From: Octopus bimaculoides
Lineage: Eukaryota
NCBI RefSeq assembly: GCF_001194135.2
Contig: NC_068993.1
Span: 34,114,300-34,149,417, forward strand
DNA: 35,118 nucleotides
Direction of reading: 5' to 3'
Under the pieces are notes generated by a model. The model saw only the letters and a list, made by a program, of their open reading frames with translations, searched no databases and was not told where the DNA came from. Position 1 is the stretch's first letter. Each line of letters starts with the position of its first letter. Of the stretch, positions 12,151 to 22,739 are shown one piece after another. The position numbers and the translations under genes are program-made.

Positions 12151-13517
12151 TTTTGTCAATGCACGGCCCGAGTAATGTTATGTAATATTATTTGTCAGAA
12201 ACTACGGAACCAGTGAAATAACTTCACAAGAAATTACATTAAATTCATATTCTGAATTGCTAGATATCCGGAAAGTAATATAGTAAATCCATACGCTTAT
12301 TCTATTAATCTTAGAGAGTGATCAAAACCTTTGTAGACTTTAGCCACTGGTGAAGCAGACTGGTGGGGTTTAAACATTAAATAATATTATTTGAAGGAAA
12401 TAGTTTATATTTCAATGGAAACATTTCATAACGTAGTCCTACTGTTTCTATTTATTAGTTTATGACGATATGCGACTGCATTTCTCAACACTTGACTGAC
12501 ACCTCTTTCATCAACATTGGAAGTGTGAATGAAAAATTGATCTGGGAATAGTTTGAACAGGCAGAGTTGTACCTAAATACCAAAGTTATTTTGTCTAACA
12601 CTCTTTCTATTCTGCAAGGTTATATTAAATCAGTCGATATTAAAAGTAGAAAACAGAGGGGATTATAAATCTATATTGTGATAGATCTGAGAGAATATAT
12701 TGAATTAGCTCAGCCGATGAGATTCAGTCCTACGGCTCAAAATATGTTAATGGTGGAGCATTGTATCCGGCAAAAGTGTCCTAACCTTCACAAAGGTTAG
12801 TCCGTCAAATTATGTTTCCTTTCCGTTTAAGCACAAGACCAGCAATATTTAACAGAGAGAGATTATCGGTTCAACTGAACGTGGAGGGATTGAAAGGCAA
12901 AAATTACCTGAGCGTGATTTGAACTAAGAATGTAAAGAACTGGCATATATGCTGTAAGGCTCAAACGATTCTGCAAGCTCACCGTCTCTTTAGACTTCCT
13001 AATTATAAAATGTATCGTGGGCATATGAAAACCATTGTTTCAAACAAGGAGGTAAATAGTACAAAACAAAGTCCTATTACCTAACCGCCATACTGAGTTT
13101 AAATGTATGATTGGAAAATACATTTAGACTCACTGTATCGTTTCTTATCAACCAATAAATACTGGAATGATGTTTCTCTGACACTTCTTGGAATTATAGC
13201 ATCTATAAATGTTGATGGTCACATGCTTATGAACGTGAAAGAATCTAACATGAGCTAACTATTTTTCCGAAACAAATATGGTTATATTTAATTTCTATCA
13301 AAGGCCTCCTTAACGATAAAACTTAACTAAGATTGACGTCGAACTTTATAATGAATTAAATTAATTTCAAATCATAAAAATAAAGTGTTATCTCTCTTTA
13401 GGAAAATTCTAGAATTATTCTCTCACATAAAGCATTAAAAAGAAAAAAAAAACGGTAAGTAAAACTTCTATGAATTAATGAGTTGAGTTCATTGATGTCA
13501 ATATTTCTCATTTTGTT

Positions 13518-13639
13518 ATGGTGACAGACTGGTAGAATCGTTAGAACATCGGAAAAATGCTTCGTAACATTTGTTCCGGTGCTTTATATTCTGAGTGCAA
13601 ATCTTACCAATGGAGATTTGCCTCTCATCCGTCCAGGGT

Positions 13640-13645
<6 letters not shown>
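13518..13645 (+). mobile_element. Degraded SINE family B, 5' part, followed by (TA)n
   Basis: GACTGGTAGAATCGTTAGAACATCGGAAAAATGCTT...TTCTGAGTGCAAATC...TTTGCCTCTCATCC aligns to 10090-10210. Confidence 0.7.
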
Positions 13646-13692
<47 letters not shown>

Positions 13693-14964
13693 TATTTGGT
13701 TATTTTACTTTTGAGTTTGTGTTTCAGTTCCATAAATTGACTGAGTCATCAGGATATTGGATAAGATGGTCAGTGGTATTTGATCTGATCCTCTGTGCTT
13801 TGAATTGAAATCTCATCGAGTTGGTGACATTACCTTTCATTCGTTCGAGATCGACAAAACGTACACATCTAGGATAGTGGGACGGTTGATCTATTAAAGG
13901 GACAGGCAAGATGCTTTTCGCATTTCTTCTGGCCCTTTGCATTCTGACAGCAACGTCATCGTTGCCACAGTTGTCAAGCCGTGTCGGCCCAGTTTGGCAG
14001 CCTTTCTGCTGGAAAATCATTGGTTATGTAGAGAGAATAAACTCGCATATATGGGCAACTGCAAGCCTCCTTATAACAAAAAATCTTGCCGAGTTCTGCA
14101 TATATATAAGTCAATCTTGTAAAGTTCTAGGAAACTCCTAGACCCTTTCTGATATTTTATAGCAATATAAACATATTTCACCTGTGATTGTTTGCAGAAT
14201 TAATGCAAGTCATTCAAAATAATTTTTAGTTTATATCTACAGCGTTTTTATATGAATATCCTTCTTCCTCGATCAATTACTGGTAGATCTTACATCAGTT
14301 AGTGAACGTCACCTAATCCAAATTAGTTTTTCCATATAAATATGTGACTTCGAATTAATATAAGTAACCAATGCCCTAAATTTATCTCGTAGCTTCGTCT
14401 AATTTAATTTCTCAGAAAATTACATTAACGCATTTATAGTAGCATAATAAATATTGATTTCTTAAATTGGCAACTGTAGACACAATATTAGATCATATTA
14501 AACTGATGTCTTACATATCACATTAAATACGTAGCTTGTTGGTAATATCAATATGTTTTGAACTAATCTTTAAAGTAATTAATAGAACCATTGGTATAGT
14601 ATAGTAGCTAATGTTAATATTTATTTGAACTAACGACACCAAACCCTGTCATAAAATAAACTATAGAAATGGATCTCATTCGCAAAATCGGAATATATGA
14701 TTTGAGTTGATCAGGATGGAAGGGAGTCATAGATAATCAGGGAAAGTACATTGATGATTAAATTTCAATTAAATATAACATTTGATCACCTGTTTTTTTA
14801 ATTCAAAATTTGGACAGAACTTATAGGATGACCTGATATATATCTAATAAGCTTAACTACCTACATTTATTTTTCTAGATTAAAGAAGACGACTGTAACA
14901 GCACTTTGAACGCAACCTGTTAAATATTGCTTGTCACAACTGACTAGCTTGCAGAATACAGGCG

Positions 14965-15590
14965 ATACGTTGGAAACTTGCTATGCAATAGTTTCATATT
15001 AAAATGAGCAAAAGCGCCAAAGAAACTCATGAAACGTTCTAGAGTGATTATGGATTAACATTTTGATGATGAGGGGTGTGGGAGAGAGGAATGTCAGAAT
15101 ATCAGAGCCGGTTGAGAAAATTCGCACTTTTCTCGATGAAGACCGTCGTGTGGCTATAAAGACAAGAAGCATACAGTTTGGTGTTGTTTTGGCAACTGTA
15201 CACAGAATTATTTGCGAAAATCTGAAGATGTGAAAAATTTGTGTAAAGTTTGTTCCCAAAATCAGTGACGAGTATACTGGTAACTAACTAATTGACAAAG
15301 ATGTGCAGCAAACCTTTTGCTCAACTTCCCTACAGTCCAGACCTTGCTCCTTGTGATGTTTGGTTGTTTCCCAACATGAAGAACCTCTGAGGTAGTGGTT
15401 TTGAAGATGAAGGAGACTGTGACCAGGATCGTAGACACCTTCACTTTGGCGGACTTCCATGGGTCCTTCACGAAGTGAGTGCATTGAAGTCAGAGGACTC
15501 TACTTGGAAGGAAGTTAGAGTGTTGTACTTCTTTGCAATTAAGAAATGCCCCTCCTGAAAAAGTCTCAAACTTCTGGAATGTACCCCGTC
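14965..15590 (+). mobile_element. Internally deleted Tc1/mariner transposon remnant
   Basis: Fragmentary mariner transposase motifs: KSAKETHE, VEKIR.FLDEDRRV.I, ATVHRII.E.LKM.KIC.KFVPK and QLPYSPDLAPCD.WLFP (YSPDLAP at 15331-15351). A mariner-like right end (AAAGTCTCAAACTTCTGGAATGTACCCCGT) is present. No matching left TIR seen. Confidence 0.8.
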
Positions 15591-17060
15591 TTTCTGCAGG
15601 ATTATGTTAAACTGGAACTGGAGTCTGCTATTCGTTGAATTGTATATCTCTATCTTCTATATGTTTCTTCATACGGAGTTGCCCTTGGGTACTCAAACCA
15701 AATGATTAAACGTTTCTTGGATCTGAACTCGTTTAATGTAAAAAGCCAATTAGACATAATTGGGCAAATGTGGGTAAATATTTACTATGCTGCTGTGCAT
15801 GTATGAGCAGAGTAGGACATACATATGTAGATGCATGGTCAACCTCTGATAGTTCTTAAAATGTAAAAACTATTTTATTCAATATGTGCTTCTGTTTTGC
15901 TAAAGATCGTGAACTCAGTTGATGGTGATTTAGCTACTATGTCTAACAGAACTAGAAATGACAATGAGACACCCTCATTAACTCGGGTGGTTATGTTGTC
16001 TTAAATTGTACAGCATAAAATACGTAGTACTCTACTTTAGAAACTATTAGAAAGTTCAGCATGCATTTGCAAAAACTATCAGACATAGGCAGTATTTTTT
16101 GAGGAACACTGACAATTGCTAATTTGTAAAGACTTCCCTATTTCATGTTACCGATGTTTATCCCAGTAAAAGGTCACCGGCTTGGGTCTACACAGCTTGG
16201 CATCATTGCAATTGTAGGTGTTGCTGTCAAAACAGGATAAGCTGGAACAGACACCGCAAGTCACCACACCTGACCTACTAACATTCGTTCATGGAGACTA
16301 TAGCTATATCGAAGTGGGGTAAACATTACTCGAGAATCTTTGAGCAACCCCGAAAAAGCCAAGGGGAACATATTTGAAATGAATTAATTTTCATATTGAT
16401 AATTTGCATTACTACATAATCTTATGTGAATATGGCATTATTGTATATATNNNNNNNNNNNNNNNNNNNNNNNNNNNNNNNNNNNNNNNNNNNNNNNNNN
16501 NNNNNNNNNNNNNNNNNNNNNNNNNNNNNNNNNNNNTATATATATATATATATGTATGTATGTATTTACATCTGCCAGTCAGCTACTTTGGACTGATAAA
16601 TTTTAATTGACGTCGAAAAGCCAAGTTGATATCATCGGATGTGAACTCAAATCGTAGAGAGTTGGAACAAATACTTCAATTACAGCTCTGAATTCGCATG
16701 TATTAATAGACATTCTCAGTAAAGGACTTAGTTGGGATACGGAGCTCGCTTACGTAAGGTGAAGTAACTCCTAAAAGTGTTGAAAAGGAGCACATTTACT
16801 TTAAGCAAACTACAGCAAGTAAATTATAAATTACTCAGATACACCATCAACTTGAAAATGATAAGTTAAATAGGAGTGAACATAATACATTGCATCACAC
16901 TTCTAGCTAGAAATAATATGGTGATGATGGGGAAGCTTAGCTCAATGCTTAATATTACTATTGTCAGGGATGCCTTAGCCTAATGATGCAGAGTGCTCAG
17001 CCGGAGTTTAAGAGGTACTGGGTTCGATTCTTTGTGGAGATTTGCTGACCACTTTAAAAT

Positions 17061-17250
17061 AAGCAGTGAGCTGGAAAATGTTTAGCGGCATTTCGTCTGT
17101 TTTTAATTTCAGAGTTCAAATGCCTCTGAGGTCGACTTTACCTTTCATCATTTCGGGGTCGATAAAATAAGTACTAGTTGCACACTGGCGTCGATATACT
17201 CGACTTATCCTCTCCTACGAAATTGCTGGCCTTGTGCCAAAATCTGAAAC
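17061..17250 (+). mobile_element. SINE family B copy (small deletion in head)
   Basis: GAGCTGG..AAAATGTTTAGCGGCATTTCGTCTG..GAGTTCAAAT..GAGGTCGACTTTACCTTTCATCATTTCGGGGTCGATAAAATAAGTAC..GGCCTTGTGCCAAAATCTGAAACC. Confidence 0.85.
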
Positions 17251-17285
17251 CGATATTAGTTCATGTTGACGGGGAGGGGGGAAGC

Positions 17286-17447
17286 GGGCTGCTTAGCGGC
17301 ATTTCTTCCAACTACTTACGTTATGAATTCGAATTCTGTCGCGAATTTACGGTGTTGATGAAATATGTATCAGCTAAGTACAGAAGTCGACGTAATCGAT
17401 TTACCCAGTCCTCTAAAACTCCTATCTTGTGCCAAAATTTGAAACCA
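17286..17447 (+). mobile_element. Second, more degraded SINE family B copy
   Basis: TGCTTAGCGGCATTTC..ACGTT.TGAATTCGAATTC..GTCGACGTAATCGAT..CTTGTGCCAAAATTTGAAACC. Confidence 0.7.
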
Positions 17448-17790
17448 GACCCGGTTTCTAACCTAGATCCAAGTGTTCTTCACTGGAATTTCAAAACCGT
17501 CAACAGGGTATTTGTGCATGTTTGCGTATATGTGTGCAATATCTAGATTCAATGCAAATACACATTTGTATATTTATTTTCTATATGTATTCTCCTGCTT
17601 ATTGTACTTAAGTGCTACACTATAGGGAAATTTTACAAATATTGACAGTTCCATTGATGGTTAGTGTCTGTAATCTTCTAATTAGCTCTCTGGTTTTGAG
17701 AAGACTAATTTTTCAAGATTGGTACTGAGAAATTTAAATAGATTTCTTAGTGTCCCGATAATTACAGGTATAAATCTCAACTTGTAATCC

Positions 17791-17791
<1 letters not shown>

Positions 17792-17846
<55 letters not shown>
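17792..17846. repeat. (AGT)n microsatellite
   Basis: Direct observation. Confidence 0.95.
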
Positions 17847-18345
17847 CGAGGGTATGGGCTGTAACAGCATCCACCATTTATTGACGGATGACACCTTTGC
17901 ACCACTCTGGTGACACCCTCCGACACATTGGTCTGTTTAGGTAGTCGTTGCTGGTTTTACGAGGTCGGCATACAGAGATTAATCCGAATAGAGTAGCTGT
18001 CAGTGTCGGTGTTGTGTTTATCGCTGATCTGTAGCTTTATGTTGACGTTTGCTGGGCAACTGATTTCCTCTACAGGTACCATCATAATATATGCTTTCAT
18101 CTACCCTTGGTATCTATAACGTTCCTCATCAGATATAGGTGAAGCAGTTGAGTCATGGATGGAGATGCTGGTAGTTTGGTTTATAGTATTCCCTCGTTTC
18201 ACAACCGTTTAGGAATATTTATCCTGATCAAACTCCAACCCAACATCTTTTGAGAATGTTGTAATCAAGGTCAATGCTCTATTTCATCACATACCTATTA
18301 GTGACATCCAGTTTCAAATCATCGTCAAAGAAGCGTCGTGAAATT
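17847..18345 (-). mobile_element. R4/Dong-type LINE fragment with internal deletions
   Basis: Minus strand gives F.DDLKL, LITTFSKDVGLEFDQDK..VVKRG and Y.Y.G.DE (RT motif 5-7 region), then EISCPANVNIKL.IS.K (RLE). A UTR containing GTGTCACC ends at (TAC)n. Confidence 0.6.
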
Positions 18346-18736
18346 CTTTTTTTTTATGTATGTACTACGTATGTATGTATTTTTTTCTTTGATTTTTATC
18401 TAAGTTCTTCATAAAAGAGTTCAAGCCGGTCGCTAACAAAGCGACAAGAACTTTGAGTTCAGAGAGTTTCTGGTGTTTGTAAATTTATGGCTGACTTGCT
18501 ATATTTGTGTCTTGTTGTTATACATGCTCTTGTGTAGGCATCTATTCATCTAGAGAATGCTACAGAATCTCTGGAATGTCTTACAAATCTTCACTGTGCA
18601 CCTAATAGATTGGATTTGAAAGCGTTAGTTTCTTTTGCCCTTTCTTCGAAAACCTAGTATTTCTAGGATTTTGTGTAACTTTTTTGGCCAACAGCATAAT
18701 ACATCTATGATGATAAGCACAAATGAGAATTGATAG

Positions 18737-18760
18737 TCAGGGTTAGGGTTAGGGTTAGGG
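18737..18760 (+). repeat. Short interstitial telomeric repeat TCAGGG(TTAGGG)3
   Basis: Direct observation. TTAGGG is the usual molluscan telomere repeat (established knowledge). Confidence 0.8.
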
Positions 18761-18973
18761 TCAATTAGCGCCACAAGTAAAAGTATTTTGATTGGATTTT
18801 AAATTCTTTGTTCGGAGTTGCCTCTTTTTCCAATGTTCGATATTCATAAGAAAGCATCTACCTCGAAATGTATTTGCATTAACCTGGTGTTTTAATTCTT
18901 TAAGTTCCGCATTAATTCACCGTAAATGTTGAATTAATGCGGAAGTCTCTTCTTCCTGGTCTTTTGACGGTGA

Positions 18974-19004
<31 letters not shown>

Positions 19005-19192
19005 CCACTGATTAGCTCTTCTAATCCCTGTTATACCACAGCCAGGCAGTCAATTAGCGCCACAAGTAAAAGTATTTTGATTGGATTTTAAATTCTTTGT
19101 TCGGAGTTGCCTCTTTTTCCAATGTTCGATATTCATAAGAAAGCATCTACCTCGAAATGTATTTGCATTAACCTGGTGTTTTAATTCTTTAA
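18760..19192 (+). repeat. Perfect 144-bp direct repeat (18760-18903 and 19049-19192) with 145-bp spacer
   Basis: Base-by-base identity read by eye, offset 289 bp. Confidence 0.9.
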
Positions 19193-19388
19193 ACTGCTTC
19201 AGCTTTAAAGTTGAGGTCATGTTGAGGCACCACCGTGTGTTAACATCTTTTTATCAATACCGTAAATATTTCTCCATGAATGGAGTGAGTGTTCTTTTTA
19301 CGGCTTCGAATATATTTCTAACATATTTGAATTGATAATAAATTTATATTTATATACATTACTGCTTAGCGCTTCTTAACGTAAATAA

Positions 19389-20460
19389 ATATGTTCGCCG
19401 ATTTACTGCCAATTCAAAGGTTCTCCATTCTATTATTCGTGACCTCCTTTATGCAGTTGACTGTGACTTAGTCACTCATACAGTGGATGACATGCAAATA
19501 CTCATGAATTGCATTTCTGCTTCTTGCAAGGCATTTGGACTCAGCATTAGCGTGGACAAGACCGTTGTAATGTTCCAGCCTGCACCAGAAAATCCATATG
19601 TGGAACCAGTTATCTTGGTCGAAGGAACAATTCTGAAGGTAGTAGACAAGTTTGTCTACCTGGGCAGCACACTCAGCCGTTCTTGCTCCCTGGAAGAGGA
19701 AATAACTTTCAGGTTGCAGAGAGCAACTAATTCCTTTCAGTCTCGTGTAAGGTCCCAGCATGGCATCGCAAGGCAAACAAAAGTTGCTGTGTACCGTGCA
19801 TGTGTACTGACATCGCTCCTCTACTCATGTGAGACATTGGCTCTGTACAAACGTCAGGCAAGGGTTCTTGAATGCTTTCATCAGAGATGTCTCAGACACA
19901 TTCTTAATGTTGGCTGGACCTCAAAAATTCCAGACACACAGGTGCTGAGGCCAGCTGATATCTTCAGTATTGAGGCAATGGTGCACAAGCACCGGTTACG
20001 TTGGACTGGACACCTTATTAGAATGAAGGATAGCAGGATTCCTAAGCAGATGCTCTATGGAGAACTTGTGAATGGAAGGAGACTCCGGCAGAAACGAAGG
20101 CTGCGATTTAAGGACTGTGTCAAGTCCTCATTAAAGGCCTATGATATGCAGGACACTGACTGGGAGAACAATGCCTCTCATCGCCACAGATGGAGGAAGC
20201 ATGTTAAGGAGGGGATCGACACTTTTGAGAGAGCACGTACCCAGCATGAAGAACTTAAGCGAGCTGCGTGAAAGCGCACGGCTCGTATAGTAAATGGGAA
20301 AAGCTTGGTCTGCAATGTTTGCAGTCGTGTATGCTTGTGAAGAGCAGGGCTCATTAGCCACCAACGGAGTCGCAAATGCAAAATATAAGTTAGACCTAGA
20401 GCGCACAATGTTCCTGAAGGTCGGCAATGGTCTTCCTCGGTCACGAGTGGACAGCCATCA
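19389..20460 (+). mobile_element. 5'-truncated RTE (BovB-like) LINE 3' portion with C2H2 finger and 3' UTR
   Basis: IRDLLYAVDCDLVTHT (YADD motif mutated), FGLSISVDKTVVM.QP, VDKFVYLGSTLS, LLYSCET, RLRWTGHLIRM.DSRIPKQMLYGEL..G.R, RLRFKD, then CNVCSRVC..RAGLISHQR after a TGA at 20269-20271. Ends GGACAGCCATCA before (TGTA)n. Confidence 0.9.
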
Positions 20461-20600
20461 TGTATGTATGTATGTATGTATGTATGTATGTATGCGTGCA
20501 TGTATGCATGTATTCATGCATGCATGTATGTATGTGTGTATGTATGTATGTATGTATGTATGTATGTGTGTATGTATGTATTTATGAGCGTGAGTATCTG
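20461..20600. repeat. (TGTA)n/(TGCA) compound microsatellite at the RTE 3' end
   Basis: Direct observation. Confidence 0.9.
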
Positions 20601-22489
20601 TGTATCTATGTATGGAATATAATTAAAGAATGCTGGAGCATCAAAAGATATAACATTGAAAGTTATATTGACATGTATAAGCTTATCTGCAGTTATTTGA
20701 CAGTTTTAAAAATAGAATATTCCTGTTTTGAAGTTTGTCGTTATTTTTCTGGTAGAGCAAGTTAACCAAGTAAAGAAACCGTTTGTACAACATATGTGTT
20801 ATATTTTGAATTCAGTACAGGTATGTGTGCAAAAGAAACACTAAAGTTTTTCAGAGAGAAGTACATGATATTGTACATCTTAGAGTTTGGGAGAAATGAA
20901 TTATTAATAGCTAAATATCGTTCCCAGATAGCTCTAAATGTAAAATAACGTAAACAACATTATCAGCAACAATAATATACCTTTAAAGCTTCGGTCTGTC
21001 GACAGGTATAATATTGATCTCTGCAACATATATTTTTTTAGAATTGATGAAGAAAGGAATCATATGTTATATCAGGCTATAACGTACAAATATCTGTGAA
21101 ACACGCAATCACATATATGTTAAATTCTGTGAACAGGTAACTCTGTGAAGCAAACCACTGAAACTTCGTCTCGTCGAAACCGATGCAAAAGCACCCGTAA
21201 TTAAAGAATAAAAAACGTGATGATACTAGAAGTCTTTTGATTATATGTCTTCTCTTTCAGAGCTGACCATCAGTTAGAAACAGCGTCGGGATTCGAAACT
21301 AGTTCAGAAACATGCTACATATATATAGAGTTATGCATATTATATAGAGCTATACTCCAAAGTAAATACAAATATAAACACATGCTTTATATATTTATGT
21401 ATATATATATATATATATATNNNNNNNNNNNNNNNNNNNNNNNNNNNNNNNNNNNNNNNNNNNNNNNNNNNNNNNNNNNNNNNNNNNNNNNNNNNNNNNN
21501 NNNATAATATATATAGATAGATAGATAGATATATATATAATACAAATCAGTAGAATAAAAAAAAATCTTTAAAATAGTTAGCTTCCGTTTTGAGTTGTCT
21601 ATCTTGCCTTTGGTTTAATGAAAGTTTGTTCACCAACGTTTACCCCTATTCGATACAATTGTATGCTTGATGAATGAGCGTTTTAAGGGTGTTAATGCTT
21701 ACTTCCCTACTGACATGTTTCAGATACTATGTGATCTTTCTACAAGCAAAAAATAATGACCAAGTCGTCATCAAACTGTATTCTGGAAAGGGACATCGTT
21801 AATCTATTGAATCTGGATTACACTGTTTTTGAAAATCAATTTAGATAGTAATGACTTGAATATATTTGATCATAGTTCTGTCCAGTCAAAACATATATGA
21901 GGCTAAACGACAGAAATAAAAATTACAATATTAACAATAACTGCAACAGTAACAACGTAAGAAAAAAAATAACAGACGATAAATAGTTGACAATGAAGTA
22001 ATCATCGGATAAAATTGAAGTTAATAAAATTGAAGTAAATGTAGCAAGAAACTGCAGTAGATACTGAATTAGTTACGAAGTAACTTTGATTAATGTTAGG
22101 CACAGCAAGCGTCATATAGCAATGATAGATTAACAATATGCTTCAGAATGAGTTGTTTGAAATGCATAAGAAAAACTGGAGTTAACATCACAAGGCATTG
22201 AACTTAATGTCTTGAATTATATCGTGCGTAAAAATAATTAACGACAGCATTAGTCAACAAAGGTACATGAATATTTAATAAACAACATAAAATTAATTGC
22301 GATGCTAATAACTTGGTGTTAGAACTCAGTATGCGTATGCTTCAGTATGAAAGTCAGTCGATACAGAGTGGTAATAAGAAATTACTGCTGTTTCTGCTCT
22401 AAGGTGCAATGCACTCGTAGTTGAGTGCTTGAGCATCACCTCATAGCTTCATCGGATCTTTTTTTTTGTCATCCCAATATATACATACA

Positions 22490-22501
22490 TACCTACACAC
22501 T

Positions 22502-22539
<38 letters not shown>

Positions 22540-22691
22540 TATACATATATAAATATGTGTGTATGTATGTATGTATGTATGTATGTATCTATGTATCTAT
22601 CTATCTATCTATCTATCTATAGATAGATAGATAGATAGAGATAGAGAGATAAAGTTATGTATACATATATTTAATGAAGAACATTAAGTAA

Positions 22692-22739
<48 letters not shown>
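22490..22739. repeat. Compound microsatellite cluster (CA)n, (TATG)n, (TATC)n/(GATA)n, (AGT)n
   Basis: Direct observation. Confidence 0.9.
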
